Shown in pieces: positions 9,135-19,241 of a stretch of DNA of 64,000 bases. Source of the DNA: Candidatus Levyibacteriota bacterium (GTDB lineage: Bacteria; Patescibacteriota; Microgenomatia; Levybacterales; UBA12049); the NCBI GenBank assembly GCA_017991775.1, contig JAGOPV010000002.1, forward strand, positions 2,360 to 66,359, given 5' to 3'. The position numbers and the translations under genes are program-made. Positions within the stretch are counted from its first letter, which is position 1, and the number at the start of each line of letters is the position of its first letter. The notes under the pieces were generated by a model. That model was given only the letters and a program-made list of their open reading frames with translations. It was not told where the DNA came from and did not search any database.

Positions 9135-11213
9135 ATGAAAACATTAGTAATAGTAGAGTCGCCAACAAAGGCGCGTACAATTGGAAAATATCTTGGCGAT
9201 GACTACATCATCAAATACTCAATGGGGCATATCATGGATCTGCCAAAGAGTACGCTTGGTGTTGACGTGGAAAATAATTTTACTCCTCAGATCGAGGTAC
9301 TCACTGATAAAAAGAAATTAATTGCAGAGTTAAAAGCAGCTGCGAAAGGCGTTGAGAATATCTTGCTTGCAACCGACCCTGACCGTGAAGGTGAGGCTAT
9401 CGCTGCAAATATTCAGACAATATTAAGTGAGATTCCCAAATCAAAAACAAAAAGTGCATCGCAGAAGTTCTCAAGAATAGTCTTCCATGAAATCACTGAA
9501 GGCGCTATCAAAGAGGCGATGACTCATCCGCGTGATGTAGATACCAATTTAGTTGATGCACAGACCGCTCGCCGTGTTCTTGATAGACTTGTTGGATACA
9601 AGTTGTCGCCACTCCTTTGGCAGAAAGTTCGTCGAGGTCTATCTGCTGGACGCGTCCAGAGCGTCGCACTCCGACTCATTGCAGAACGTGAAAAAGAGAT
9701 TGAGAAGTTCCAAAAAGAACCTTATTGGACGATACACGTAGGTTTAAAACAGCAAACAGCAAACAGCAAACAGCAAGAAACAATATTTGACTTGGTGGAG
9801 ATTGATGCAAAAAAGATAGAGCTCTCAGAGTCTTTTGAGCTTTATGATGGAACATATAAGATCTCAAAAACAACGATCGATACTCAAGAGAAAGCAAGGG
9901 AGATTGTCACAGATATAAAGACAAGGGCTTTTGAGATAGCTGAAGTCAATCAGCGCCAAGCAAAGAGAAGTCCTGCAGCGCCATTTACTACCTCAACACT
10001 CCAGCAGGATGCGTCACGAAGGTTTGGGTACTCCGGTAAAAGGACGATGAGTCTTGCTCAGAGACTCTATGAGGAAGGATACATTACTTATCACAGAACT
10101 GACTCAACTACGATGTCTGAAGTCGCGATCACCCAGATTAGAGATTTTGTAAAAAAAGAGTGGGGAGAAAAATATGTGCCAGAAAAGTCGAGGCAGTATG
10201 CTGCCAAGCAAAAATCTGCTCAAGAAGCACATGAAGCGATCCGACCTACAAAATTCTCTGTGAAAGATAGTACAATTGCTCAGGACTTGGAGAAAGATGC
10301 TGCCAAATTATATGATCTTATTTGGCGTAGAGCTGTTGGGTCTCAGATGAGCGATGCCCTTATCGAGTCGACAACTGTTTTTGCAGTCACGATTGAAAAA
10401 GGAATCCATGACTATCGAGTAAAGACGACAGGATCTGTTCTCGTCTTTGAAGGCTTCTTAAAGATTAATCCACAGGCACTGCAAGACACAACACTGCCAC
10501 AATTTAAGGCTAAAGAAAAGATGAAAGTCACACATGTTCTTGATACCCCACACGAGACTCCCGCACCGCCTCGCTATAACGACGCATCTATCATCGCAAC
10601 ACTCGAGGAAAAAGGTATTGGTCGACCGTCTACTTATGCATCTATCATCGCAACACTGGTTGATAGGGCTTATGTCGAGAGAGTTGAAAAGAGGTTTGAG
10701 GCAAGTGCGGTTGGTATGGCTGTTAATGATTTTTTGGTCACTAATTTTGCAGATATCGATGATATTCCGTTCACGGCAGACATGGAAGACAAGTTAGATT
10801 TGATCGCAGATGGAAAGACTGATTGGAAGCTAATGATGAAGGAGTTTTATGATCCATTAGCGCTAAAGCTAGCAACAGTAAAAGATGCAGATCGAGTTAA
10901 GATAAAGACTGAGAGTATTGATCAGAAATGTCCAGAGTGTGGCAATGAACTTGTGATTCGCACGGGAAAATTTGGCAAATTTATTTCGTGTAGTACTTTC
11001 CCGACATGTAAATATACCAAGCCTTTTGTTGAGGAGACAGGCATGATATGCCCTCAGGATGGTGGAAATGTCATTGTGAAGAAGACAAGAAAAGGGAGAA
11101 AATTCTTTGGCTGCGCTAATTATCCAGCCTGCACTTTCGCCGCTTGGAAGCTAGAAGATATAAAGAAAGCTGATGAGGCCACTAATGAAGAAGAGGTCGT
11201 TAAAGAAGTTTGA
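9135..11213 (+). CDS. topA: DNA topoisomerase I
   Basis: TOPRIM N-terminus (MKTLVIVESPTKARTIGKYLG), the active-site Tyr region, and C-terminal C4 zinc ribbons (CPECG...C..C and CPQDG...C..C). Confidence 0.9.
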   Translation: MKTLVIVESPTKARTIGKYLGDDYIIKYSMGHIMDLPKSTLGVDVENNFTPQIEVLTDKKKLIAELKAAAKGVENILLATDPDREGEAIAANIQTILSEIPKSKTKSASQKFSRIVFHEITEGAIKEAMTHPRDVDTNLVDAQTARRVLDRLVGYKLSPLLWQKVRRGLSAGRVQSVALRLIAEREKEIEKFQKEPYWTIHVGLKQQTANSKQQETIFDLVEIDAKKIELSESFELYDGTYKISKTTIDTQEKAREIVTDIKTRAFEIAEVNQRQAKRSPAAPFTTSTLQQDASRRFGYSGKRTMSLAQRLYEEGYITYHRTDSTTMSEVAITQIRDFVKKEWGEKYVPEKSRQYAAKQKSAQEAHEAIRPTKFSVKDSTIAQDLEKDAAKLYDLIWRRAVGSQMSDALIESTTVFAVTIEKGIHDYRVKTTGSVLVFEGFLKINPQALQDTTLPQFKAKEKMKVTHVLDTPHETPAPPRYNDASIIATLEEKGIGRPSTYASIIATLVDRAYVERVEKRFEASAVGMAVNDFLVTNFADIDDIPFTADMEDKLDLIADGKTDWKLMMKEFYDPLALKLATVKDADRVKIKTESIDQKCPECGNELVIRTGKFGKFISCSTFPTCKYTKPFVEETGMICPQDGGNVIVKKTRKGRKFFGCANYPACTFAAWKLEDIKKADEATNEEEVVKEV

Positions 11214-11916
11214 AGCTTGCCAGCATCTGATCAGTTACTGTTTGATATGTAGCCTTATCTCCACCCTCTGCAAAAACTGAGATATAGTAGATAGCCTCAT
11301 TATTTCCAGGAATAGTTAGGAAGATCACCTTAAATGTCGCCATACCAGTTATTGTAGTGGAAATACCACTCATTCCTCCCAGAGTTGTTGGGACGAATGG
11401 TGTCCTAGTTGACCCAACTTCAGGATTGGGCGTAGTCTGCTCGTCTGCAAACTTTTCAAGTGTTGTGAGAGCTGATTTTTTCATAGTTCCAACGATGACA
11501 GATAGTCCATCGTGAAATTCTGTTCCGGTTGTCTGTGTTGGACCGTGCTTGTAGAACATTGCGACTTCTCCAAATCCAGCAGGTCCAATATGTGTCCCAT
11601 CTCTTTTCTCAACTGTCACATCTTTTGGATACATCATCTCCCATTTTGCATCACTACTCGTATATTTGAGGAGGTTGCTCATGCCGCTAGGAGAGGGTGA
11701 TGTCTCTGCGGTCATTGCATTCATAGGTGCCTGTGTCGGTGTGGCACTCATTTTTTTAGTATTCGAGTTCATAAATATGAATCCACCTAGGCCAATGATT
11801 ATGAGTACAAGTACTCCAATGATAATTGGTAGCAGCTTGCCCGACCCACTTTTTACAGTCGGTGGAGTTGGTTGGGCTTGTACAGGTTGAGTAGGTGTTG
11901 TTTGATTCGTATCCAT
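11200..11916 (-). CDS. hypothetical membrane-anchored protein (Pro/Thr/Gln-rich N-terminus, single TM)
   Basis: 238 aa with a low-complexity N-terminus, one TM helix and a beta-rich ectodomain. Confidence 0.4.
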   Translation of the reverse strand: MDTNQTTPTQPVQAQPTPPTVKSGSGKLLPIIIGVLVLIIIGLGGFIFMNSNTKKMSATPTQAPMNAMTAETSPSPSGMSNLLKYTSSDAKWEMMYPKDVTVEKRDGTHIGPAGFGEVAMFYKHGPTQTTGTEFHDGLSVIVGTMKKSALTTLEKFADEQTTPNPEVGSTRTPFVPTTLGGMSGISTTITGMATFKVIFLTIPGNNEAIYYISVFAEGGDKATYQTVTDQMLASFKLL

Positions 11917-11922
11917 AGAATA

Positions 11923-12957
11923 TTAGGGACAAGCTGCAAATTCACACGAAGGTGGTACGCGTCCGACTGATGAACCATCTGGGCAGACCTTAGCTTCCAT
12001 AGTGCATGCAGTCATTGATCCAGAAGGAGTAGTAGATGATTGATCTGAGGAGGACTTAATCATAAGGGATTGGATGATCCCCTTTGCTTCAGCATACCCT
12101 TTTGATACTACAAAGTCTGGGAGAAGTGGGCCGGATGGATCAGAAAGAGTCACCGACGCTAGTGAAATTCCGGTCGGATCAGACTGATTGAGTGTAAGGT
12201 CTGAAATATCTATAAATGCAATATTTGGACATGGGGATGCGCCTGCGACAACATATGCACCAGTAAATTTCTGCGTGGTGCTATCGCCCTGGAAAAAGAG
12301 AGTGAGTTGTTTGCCAAATGCAGTTATGGGTTCGTTGCCAAGTTCAACAAGTGGATCATTAATACATTGTCCACCAACACCTGCAGGACCAAGAAGAATG
12401 CTCACCGTTGGCGCGTCTTGCTTTGTAAGTGTGACTTTTGTTGTTACATCGTCAGATGCTGCTTCTGTTGCGGTCCAGCCATCTGGATAGCTAAATGAAA
12501 GACCAGTTATTGCACTGTTGAATTCTTTTGCCTGTTCGATCGTTGGAGCTGGCTCAATTTTATTTGGAACTGCAGGAACTTTTTTGGACTGCGAATTTAC
12601 AAGTGAGTAGGTAACAATAGATGAAATTCCTGCCGTGATAATAAATAGTACACCAAGAATGAGAGCTTTCTTTGTCATAAAGTGATGTGGCTTGTGAGGA
12701 AGGTCATTAGCGCGAGCCTCGTATGCGGTTGGAGGTGTGCTTGAAGGCGCTGATGGAGTCAGAGGGCTAGTCGCAATCGGTCGCGGCTCAGGCTGTGCAT
12801 ACTCTGGGCGAGGCTGTTCAGGTGTATGCTCGATCTCTTCAGTTGGAATTTCTGTGTCATATGGGTTGGATGTGGGTCCTTGAGCTGCACTAGTAGCTTG
12901 AGATTGCGGAGTAGACTGTGATGAATTGAATGGATTAGGAGTGGGCTTATTGTCCAT
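11923..12957 (-). CDS. hypothetical membrane-anchored protein (disordered N-terminus, single TM, Cys-containing C-terminus)
   Basis: 344 aa with the same architecture as the neighbouring ORF. C-terminus has CPDGS...CEFAACP. Confidence 0.4.
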   Translation of the reverse strand: MDNKPTPNPFNSSQSTPQSQATSAAQGPTSNPYDTEIPTEEIEHTPEQPRPEYAQPEPRPIATSPLTPSAPSSTPPTAYEARANDLPHKPHHFMTKKALILGVLFIITAGISSIVTYSLVNSQSKKVPAVPNKIEPAPTIEQAKEFNSAITGLSFSYPDGWTATEAASDDVTTKVTLTKQDAPTVSILLGPAGVGGQCINDPLVELGNEPITAFGKQLTLFFQGDSTTQKFTGAYVVAGASPCPNIAFIDISDLTLNQSDPTGISLASVTLSDPSGPLLPDFVVSKGYAEAKGIIQSLMIKSSSDQSSTTPSGSMTACTMEAKVCPDGSSVGRVPPSCEFAACP

Positions 12958-12989
12958 AGATTAAGTATCTCAATAAAAGAAGATCTGTG

Positions 12990-13451
12990 TCAAGAAAGGT
13001 GATAAATTGATGCTGAGATCGTGATGACGCATATGAGCGCAATGATTTGGTAAATGACACCACGAGGTTTATCAAGCTTATTATCGAACGTTCTTTGTAA
13101 GTAGATAGCCCAAGAAAAAGGAGGAAACTTCCAATTCAGAAAAAGGTATGGTGCGCTTGCCCAGTCAAATCCTTGTGCAGCGATCACCATGATATAGATA
13201 TAGAGTAGTGAAGTTTGCGGGAAAAGGTAGACATAGAGAATAAACGGGAAAAAGAAGCTCAGACCAAGATCGATAAAAGATCCGATCACAAATTCGGCTT
13301 TACTTTTCTTCTTCATATTTGTGCCTGTGTCCCAGTGTGGGAAGGCATCTGCGAATACATGTGAGAGGATAGCAACTGGAATACCAATAAGTGGGTTTGG
13401 GATGATTGCAGCAAGGGAGGTACCAATAATTGCGTGTCCAGTGGCAGTCAT
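12990..13451 (-). CDS. membrane-bound metal-dependent hydrolase-like protein (DUF457/YdjM-like)
   Basis: 153 aa polytopic. The N-terminus HAIIGTSLAAI...SHVFADAFPHWD resembles the YdjM/LexA-regulated inner-membrane hydrolase family. Confidence 0.35.
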   Translation of the reverse strand: MTATGHAIIGTSLAAIIPNPLIGIPVAILSHVFADAFPHWDTGTNMKKKSKAEFVIGSFIDLGLSFFFPFILYVYLFPQTSLLYIYIMVIAAQGFDWASAPYLFLNWKFPPFSWAIYLQRTFDNKLDKPRGVIYQIIALICVITISASIYHLS

Positions 13452-13596
13452 ACTTTCAGTATAGCATTATAGATATTGCGATATAGGAGATATATTAGGA
13501 GAATGGTAGCTCATTTTGGTATCGCAATATCTTAATATCCTAGTATCTACTCAGCTGCTCTTGACAAGTTCTGTGAAAAGTGAGCAAAATAACTAT

Positions 13597-14445
13597 ATGA
13601 AAAGACTTTCAATCCTAAGCGTGGTATTTGCAGTAACTATCTTTGTATCTGGTGCACTCTATAGTGATAAGGCGTTAGGCGCAGATACTTCCACACCAGT
13701 TAATGATTTTCCGACTATTACATCAGGTCCAGGCAATATCATGCCTGATAGCAAGTTCTTTTTTCTCGACAAGCTTTATCAAGAGTTCAAATTAGCGGTG
13801 GCTTTCTCCCCAGAGCAGAGAGCCAGTGTGCATATGCAAATTGCTGGTGAGCGTATGGCCGAACTTCGAGCGATGCAGGCTCGTAACAATAAAGAAGCAA
13901 TGGTGACAGCCCTCACCGAAGTCCAGCGAGAATCTATCCTAGCTGCTAAAGATGTGCGAGATGCCTCGTCTCAAGGGAAAGATGTCGTGCAGCTCACAAG
14001 GACTATCCATCAGGCATTGGCTGATTACAGGGTTGCTCTATTAACTGTTGCTGCAAAGTATCCTGACTCAGTCTATCAAGGACAATTAATGGCAGCAGCA
14101 GATACTCTAGCAGATGCAAGAGAGGTGGCTCAAAGTGCTCTACCAGATGCAGATCAAGAGCATGAGCTTGAGGCGACTGCACTAAGTGAACTTAATGACG
14201 CAGTACTGGGAGTAGCAACATCAGTGCAAAGAGCTGATGACAGAATGAAAGCATATGCAAAGTACGCGAGTATGTCATCTGAGCTTCGAGCAAAGAACGC
14301 ATCCGCAGTTGCACTCAAATTACGTGAGCAAAAGATTTCAGAGATTAAGAGAAAGATTGCAGAGCTACAAGCGCAATTAAAGGAATTAACTGCTTCCTCT
14401 GCTGGAGTTGTAAAAACTACTCCAACTCCAAAGTCCTCTAGATAG
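13597..14445 (+). CDS. secreted alpha-helical hypothetical protein
   Basis: Signal peptide MKRLSILSVVFAVTIFVSGALYS after the internal Met. Ala/Gln-rich helical body. The ORF-track start at 13516 is probably too early. Confidence 0.4.
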   Translation: MKRLSILSVVFAVTIFVSGALYSDKALGADTSTPVNDFPTITSGPGNIMPDSKFFFLDKLYQEFKLAVAFSPEQRASVHMQIAGERMAELRAMQARNNKEAMVTALTEVQRESILAAKDVRDASSQGKDVVQLTRTIHQALADYRVALLTVAAKYPDSVYQGQLMAAADTLADAREVAQSALPDADQEHELEATALSELNDAVLGVATSVQRADDRMKAYAKYASMSSELRAKNASAVALKLREQKISEIKRKIAELQAQLKELTASSAGVVKTTPTPKSSR

Positions 14446-14460
14446 TGTATAATTTCTCCC

Positions 14461-15012
14461 ATGAATACAGATGATAAAAGTGTCTATAAACTTGGCGCAA
14501 ATGAACTTCGTAATTCACTGCCAGATCCTGAGGAGTTAGCAAAAATTAAGAAGAATCCTGTCTATCTTATTGTTGACAATGTGATGGATACCTACAACAT
14601 TGGGTCAATCTTTCGACTTGCTGACGCTGTAGCTGCTACAAGAGTTATTCTTTGTGAAGGATCTGAAGTCCCTCCGCATACACGTATTAAAAAAGCCTCT
14701 ATCAACACGACTGAGTGGGTCGATTGGCAATACTTTCCCACAGCGATTGAGGCGATCAAGGATTTGCGAGAAAAGGTTGCAGGGGTCCAAATAGTGGCAG
14801 TAGAGCTAGATGATAAAAGTATCCCTTATGACAAAGTCGACTATTCATTTCCGCTAGCTCTTGTCGTTGGACATGAGACACACGGTATATCTCAAGCGAC
14901 GTTAAGCGAATGTGATATTACTGCAGAAATACCAATGTGGGGCGTAAATAAATCCATGAATGTTGTGATGAGTCTTGGCATAGTCCTCTTTGAAGCGATG
15001 AAGAAAAGTTAA
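14461..15012 (+). CDS. SpoU/TrmH-family RNA 2'-O-methyltransferase
   Basis: SPOUT motifs NIGSIFRLADA and LVVGHETHGIS ... EIPMWGVNKSMNV. Confidence 0.7.
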   Translation: MNTDDKSVYKLGANELRNSLPDPEELAKIKKNPVYLIVDNVMDTYNIGSIFRLADAVAATRVILCEGSEVPPHTRIKKASINTTEWVDWQYFPTAIEAIKDLREKVAGVQIVAVELDDKSIPYDKVDYSFPLALVVGHETHGISQATLSECDITAEIPMWGVNKSMNVVMSLGIVLFEAMKKS

Positions 15013-15122
15013 TAAGTGAATGTGGCAAGGATTGATCATTTGTAATGATGTATTGATACATCACTACACAATAGGAGAAGTGTTTTAGAGTATAAGTACG
15101 CTAAAACAAGAGAAAACATCTT

Positions 15123-15185
15123 CATGTCATTCTGAATTTATTTCAGAATCTTAATAAAGATGCTGAAACTAGTTCAGCATGACAT
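15123..15185 (+). promoter_or_regulatory. double-hairpin palindromic element overlapping the UDG start codon
   Basis: CATGTCATTCTGAATTTATTTCAGAATC-12nt-GATGCTGAAACTAGTTCAGCATGACAT. The outer ATGTCAT/ATGACAT arms are inverted repeats. The ATG of ATGACAT is the annotated UDG start. A TATAAT at 15185-15190 follows. Confidence 0.55.
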
Positions 15186-15748
15186 ATAATTTTATGAATA
15201 AGCAAAAAGAACTAGATAGAATTTCCAAAGAAATACAGAATTGTGAAGAGTGTAAGCTCGATAAAATCGGAATTTCTGTGCCGGGAGAGGGTGATCCTGA
15301 TGCAGACATTGTCTTTATTGGCGAGGCACCTGGAAAACTAGAGGCTAAAGAGGGAAGGCCATTTATCGGCAGATCAGGACAACTCCTACGTGGCCTTATC
15401 CGCGATATTGGACTGAAGGAAGAGGAGGTCTATATCACAAGTCCCGTGAAGTACCTGCCAGTGCGTGGTACGCCCACATCTGGAGAAATTACTCATGGGA
15501 GGACTCACTTGATGGGGCAGTTTGACATCATCAAGCCCAAAGTCGTAGTACTCATGGGCCGAGTAGCAGCGGAGGGAGTTTTGGAGAAGAAAGTCGCTGT
15601 CGTGAAAGAACATGGACAAGTTATAGAGGAGAAGGATGGAATAAAATATTTTTTAACATACCATCCTGCAGCTGTACTTCGCTTTCCCTGGAAATTCAAA
15701 GAACTTATGACTGAAGATTTTAAAAAGATCCCCAAACTTGTCATTTAA
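15179..15748 (+). CDS. uracil-DNA glycosylase, family 4
   Basis: CEEC...GEGDPDADIVFIGEAPG...GRPFIGRSGQLL matches the family-4 UDG motifs. An alternative start at the ATG at 15194 (MNKQ...) is possible. Confidence 0.75.
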   Translation: MTYNFMNKQKELDRISKEIQNCEECKLDKIGISVPGEGDPDADIVFIGEAPGKLEAKEGRPFIGRSGQLLRGLIRDIGLKEEEVYITSPVKYLPVRGTPTSGEITHGRTHLMGQFDIIKPKVVVLMGRVAAEGVLEKKVAVVKEHGQVIEEKDGIKYFLTYHPAAVLRFPWKFKELMTEDFKKIPKLVI

Positions 15749-15833
15749 GTTATATTTTGCCATCATTAATGGTAAGAGAATCTGCTGCCCTGCTTCCTTG
15801 TCCGTTTGATATTAGGCTAGTGGGAGGTTAAAT

Positions 15834-16580
15834 ATGAATAATAAACCTCAGCTATACGAAGAGCATCCACATAATATTCAGGCGAAGAATGGTGACGAGT
15901 TCGTCTCCACCCTCTATTTATTGAAAGACTCTTTTGGGAAGTTCCCAAAATCCAATTATCTTGCTTCATTCTTATCGAGCATCTTAGCTCTTGCTAGCAG
16001 ATCATTTCCCCATTGGACTGAGAAAGAATACTTAGATTTTGCAAATGAGACACTTCTTACCACAAAAGCATTTAGTATTATCAGCGATGCTAGCAATAAG
16101 CACGTAGGATTTAATTTTTACACCCTTGGAGATATCCGAGGCGATCAATTCATGTATACCAACTATACTGCAATTGATCCAGACTATAGAAGAATTGGTC
16201 TGATGGAAAAGTCACGCAGTGCTGATATTGTTGTAGTAGATCTAGCTATTTTGGCAGGATGTAGCTCCGTTGGTGCAGTACATCTTGGCATGCATCGGCT
16301 TAGTGATGAGACAGGTCGAGTAATGTATCCACTTGATGTAGAGGTGCCTGATGTAATAGGGAAGTTGGGGAGGGAAATATACGCTGATGTGAATGGGGCA
16401 GATACATGGTCTTCCGTAAATCCACAAACCTTAGTAAGACAAAGTGCTTCTCCATATGCAAAGGGGGAGCCAGAATATCCATTATTTGAGAAACTTAAGC
16501 TAGGTAGAAATGAAGCTGTTATCTACCTTTCGCTTACAAAGAAATTCAATGATGAGCTGCTTGCTCGTAAGATTGATTAG
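15834..16580 (+). CDS. hypothetical protein
   Basis: 248 aa ORF with no recognised motifs. Confidence 0.35.
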   Translation: MNNKPQLYEEHPHNIQAKNGDEFVSTLYLLKDSFGKFPKSNYLASFLSSILALASRSFPHWTEKEYLDFANETLLTTKAFSIISDASNKHVGFNFYTLGDIRGDQFMYTNYTAIDPDYRRIGLMEKSRSADIVVVDLAILAGCSSVGAVHLGMHRLSDETGRVMYPLDVEVPDVIGKLGREIYADVNGADTWSSVNPQTLVRQSASPYAKGEPEYPLFEKLKLGRNEAVIYLSLTKKFNDELLARKID

Positions 16581-16620
16581 TGCTCTAGTAAAATAAAAAT
16601 ATCTTTATTATGATTACTGT

Positions 16621-17256
16621 ATGCACGATCTTCTAGTCAGACGACTTCGACATCTTCACGTCAATCCGGTTGTTAAAGCATATATTATTGGAGATACCCT
16701 TCTTTGGTCTGCCTGGAATTTATCCGGTCCAATCTTTGCTGTATATATGATCACGCAGATAAAAGGTGGCACAATTGAGTCTGCTGCTACTGGGTATAGT
16801 ATCTATTTGCTCGGGAGGATAACTTTCGAATTGATCTGTGCTCGCTACCTGATAAAAAAGAGTGACTCAGTTAAGTTTATAGTTACAGTACTCGGGATGT
16901 TCGCGATGAGCATCGCATACATTGGCTTTGCATACTCAGACACTGTCGCCTCTGTTTTCTTTTTCTATTTTATTTTGGGCTCAGGTGTGGGATTTGCATC
17001 GCCTGCAAAGAACTCACTATTTGCGACACATTTAGACAAGCATAAAGAAGCAACCGAGTGGGGGGTTACAGATGTCGTGGCATTTGTTGCCATGGCCACA
17101 ACCACAATCATTGGGGGTATAATTTCAACTGAATTTGGATTTACAACGCTATTTTTGCTTGCTGCAGCGATGAATTTGACGGGAACAATCCCATATCTTC
17201 AATTTATACCTAAGGCAAGAAGAATTAGTTTCTTTGCTGCAGCAAGTGAACGATAA
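16621..17256 (+). CDS. 6-TM membrane protein resembling the C-terminal half of an MFS transporter (possible remnant or half-transporter)
   Basis: 211 aa with 6 predicted TM helices. No N-terminal half nearby. Confidence 0.3.
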   Translation: MHDLLVRRLRHLHVNPVVKAYIIGDTLLWSAWNLSGPIFAVYMITQIKGGTIESAATGYSIYLLGRITFELICARYLIKKSDSVKFIVTVLGMFAMSIAYIGFAYSDTVASVFFFYFILGSGVGFASPAKNSLFATHLDKHKEATEWGVTDVVAFVAMATTTIIGGIISTEFGFTTLFLLAAAMNLTGTIPYLQFIPKARRISFFAAASER

Positions 17257-17261
17257 TTCAC

Positions 17262-18476
17262 TTATTTTTTGATCGGCTTCAGCTGGACATTAAGATTTTT
17301 TACCAAATCGCTAAATTTTCTGAGTATTTCTCCATGACTTTTTCCCGCAATGTCGACAATACCATAGCGAAATGAGTATGCATCCTGCTGCTTGTCAGAC
17401 AGCTTCATTCCTACTTTAAAATCAATTTTAATACTGAGAATATCAAATTTTATTTTCAACTTTTCAATTTCATCATCACTTGGCACTTTTTGAACTAGAT
17501 GATCGCCGATCACACGGAGAGGAAAGCTTGATGCGTAGCGTGGCTTTTCAAGCATAGTGAGATCGGGGTGATTGCCACGAGCAACATCAATTGCGATTTT
17601 TAAGAGTGGAGTTTTATAGACTTGTGAGTAGAGATTGGCAAAGCCAGGACTGATTCTGGTATTTAGTTCGATCATACTTATGTTACCATCAGGGAGTATG
17701 AAAAATTCCAAATTAAAACATCCCTCACTGTATTTCATCTCACTCAAAACTCCGTTTAATATTTTCTGAAGTTTTTTATAGCTCTTATCAGGAATCTTAG
17801 AGGGAAAATCAAATCGTTTAAAACTTTTTCGATCGGGGGTATAAATTGACTCTGTGATGCCCAAGATAGAGAGTTTATTGTCTTGAGTAAATCCATCCAG
17901 GGTATATTGCTTGAAATTGATATATTCCTGCACAATGTACCAGTCTTTTAGATTTTTAATTTTTTTGTCGAACATTTGGAAAAATCGTTCAAATTGCTTG
18001 ATATCTCTTTTGGTTTTGAGAATTGTCTTCCTGATCTCAGAGAATTCTTTTTCTGAATCAATTTTGTATGAGAATGCGGAGAAGGAGCCTTTTATAGGTC
18101 GAATAAAGACAGGATAGCTAATTGATGGCTTACCTTTTTTAATATTCAGAATCTCAGTTTTGGGAAAGTAAGTATGATGTTTTCCAGCGAGCGGAGTAAA
18201 GAGTGCCTTATTTTGTGCAAGAAAGATGGATCGAGGCGTAGGTCCTGGGAGTCCAAGTTCTTTTGCTACCATGGCTGCAATAATTGAGGGATAATCTAGC
18301 GTTCCTAGTACTGCCTGAACTTCGGGGTATTTTTTCTTTATCTCTTTTACGAGTAATCGGGTCAGCTTTTCTGGACTCAGTGAGATATCTGCTGGTCTAT
18401 AGATAAAGGAGAAGGTGTCCGAGAGTTTTTTCAATTGAGGAATCTCAGTGCCAATTATAAGGACAATAGGCTTCAT
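17262..18476 (-). CDS. ATP-grasp domain protein
   Basis: Pre-ATP-grasp plus ATP-grasp layout (…ELGLPGP…, …IELNTRISPG…). First gene of a four-gene minus-strand cluster. Confidence 0.5.
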   Translation of the reverse strand: MKPIVLIIGTEIPQLKKLSDTFSFIYRPADISLSPEKLTRLLVKEIKKKYPEVQAVLGTLDYPSIIAAMVAKELGLPGPTPRSIFLAQNKALFTPLAGKHHTYFPKTEILNIKKGKPSISYPVFIRPIKGSFSAFSYKIDSEKEFSEIRKTILKTKRDIKQFERFFQMFDKKIKNLKDWYIVQEYINFKQYTLDGFTQDNKLSILGITESIYTPDRKSFKRFDFPSKIPDKSYKKLQKILNGVLSEMKYSEGCFNLEFFILPDGNISMIELNTRISPGFANLYSQVYKTPLLKIAIDVARGNHPDLTMLEKPRYASSFPLRVIGDHLVQKVPSDDEIEKLKIKFDILSIKIDFKVGMKLSDKQQDAYSFRYGIVDIAGKSHGEILRKFSDLVKNLNVQLKPIKK

Positions 18477-18483
18477 TTATTGC

Positions 18484-19212
18484 TTATTTAGTTGCAAAGA
18501 CTTCCTCGGCCAGCGCGTAGTCAGCATGGGTGTCAATTTCTACCCACTTGAGTCCAGTGATATCAACTGCATAAAAAGGTACTCCTTTATTCACAAGCGT
18601 TGTATAGCTGTCATCATAATATTCTTTATAATTAGCCTCGTCCTCCATGAGTCTTGTAAGTTCTTCAAAAAGCACTTTTCCAGCCTCTTTTCCGATTTTT
18701 TCAATACCAATTGATTCTCCTGTAGCTTTATGAGGATCGAGCTTCTTACCAACTTCTAGGACTTTACCATCTGGCGTTGTGATAGCTTTTACTTCTTCTG
18801 CTTCAAGATTGATATTGCGATCGATACAAAGCGCTGTCTCGTGCTCATCATTAACGAGGTTCTCAAGGATTGCTTTTTCAAAGATAACATCAGCATCGAA
18901 TTTGATAAAGGAGTCGCCATTTACAGCGTCCTTTGTCATATTCAGAGAGTAGCCGGTGTTGGTATCTAGATACTTTTTATTTCTAATGTAGACTACATTA
19001 AGGTCAGGAAAATTGGTACGAATATAGTCCTTGATCATCTCCTCAAGATACCCTGTGATAACGATGACCTCAGTGATCCCAACCGCAACGATATTCTCAA
19101 GCATATTTTGCAAGATAGGCTTGCCATTCACTTCAAGAAGTGACTTTGGTTTATTGTCTGTAAGTGGACGGATACGTGATCCGATACCTGCTGTAAGAAT
19201 AATTGCTTTCAT
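18484..19212 (-). CDS. nucleotidyltransferase (sugar-phosphate / phospho-base cytidylyl- or uridylyl-transferase, LicC/GlmU-N-like)
   Basis: N-terminal MKAIILTAGIGSRIRPLTDNKPKSLLEVNGKPIL signature of the NTP_transferase family. Confidence 0.65.
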   Translation of the reverse strand: MKAIILTAGIGSRIRPLTDNKPKSLLEVNGKPILQNMLENIVAVGITEVIVITGYLEEMIKDYIRTNFPDLNVVYIRNKKYLDTNTGYSLNMTKDAVNGDSFIKFDADVIFEKAILENLVNDEHETALCIDRNINLEAEEVKAITTPDGKVLEVGKKLDPHKATGESIGIEKIGKEAGKVLFEELTRLMEDEANYKEYYDDSYTTLVNKGVPFYAVDITGLKWVEIDTHADYALAEEVFATK

Positions 19213-19241
19213 ATAATTAGTTTAACATGATTTGTTCCGAT

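Noticed and set aside
9748-9775. CAAACAG x4 microsatellite inside topA
   Set aside because: In-frame, encodes QQTANSKQQ in a linker. Too short to call a feature. Noted only as a potential slippage site.
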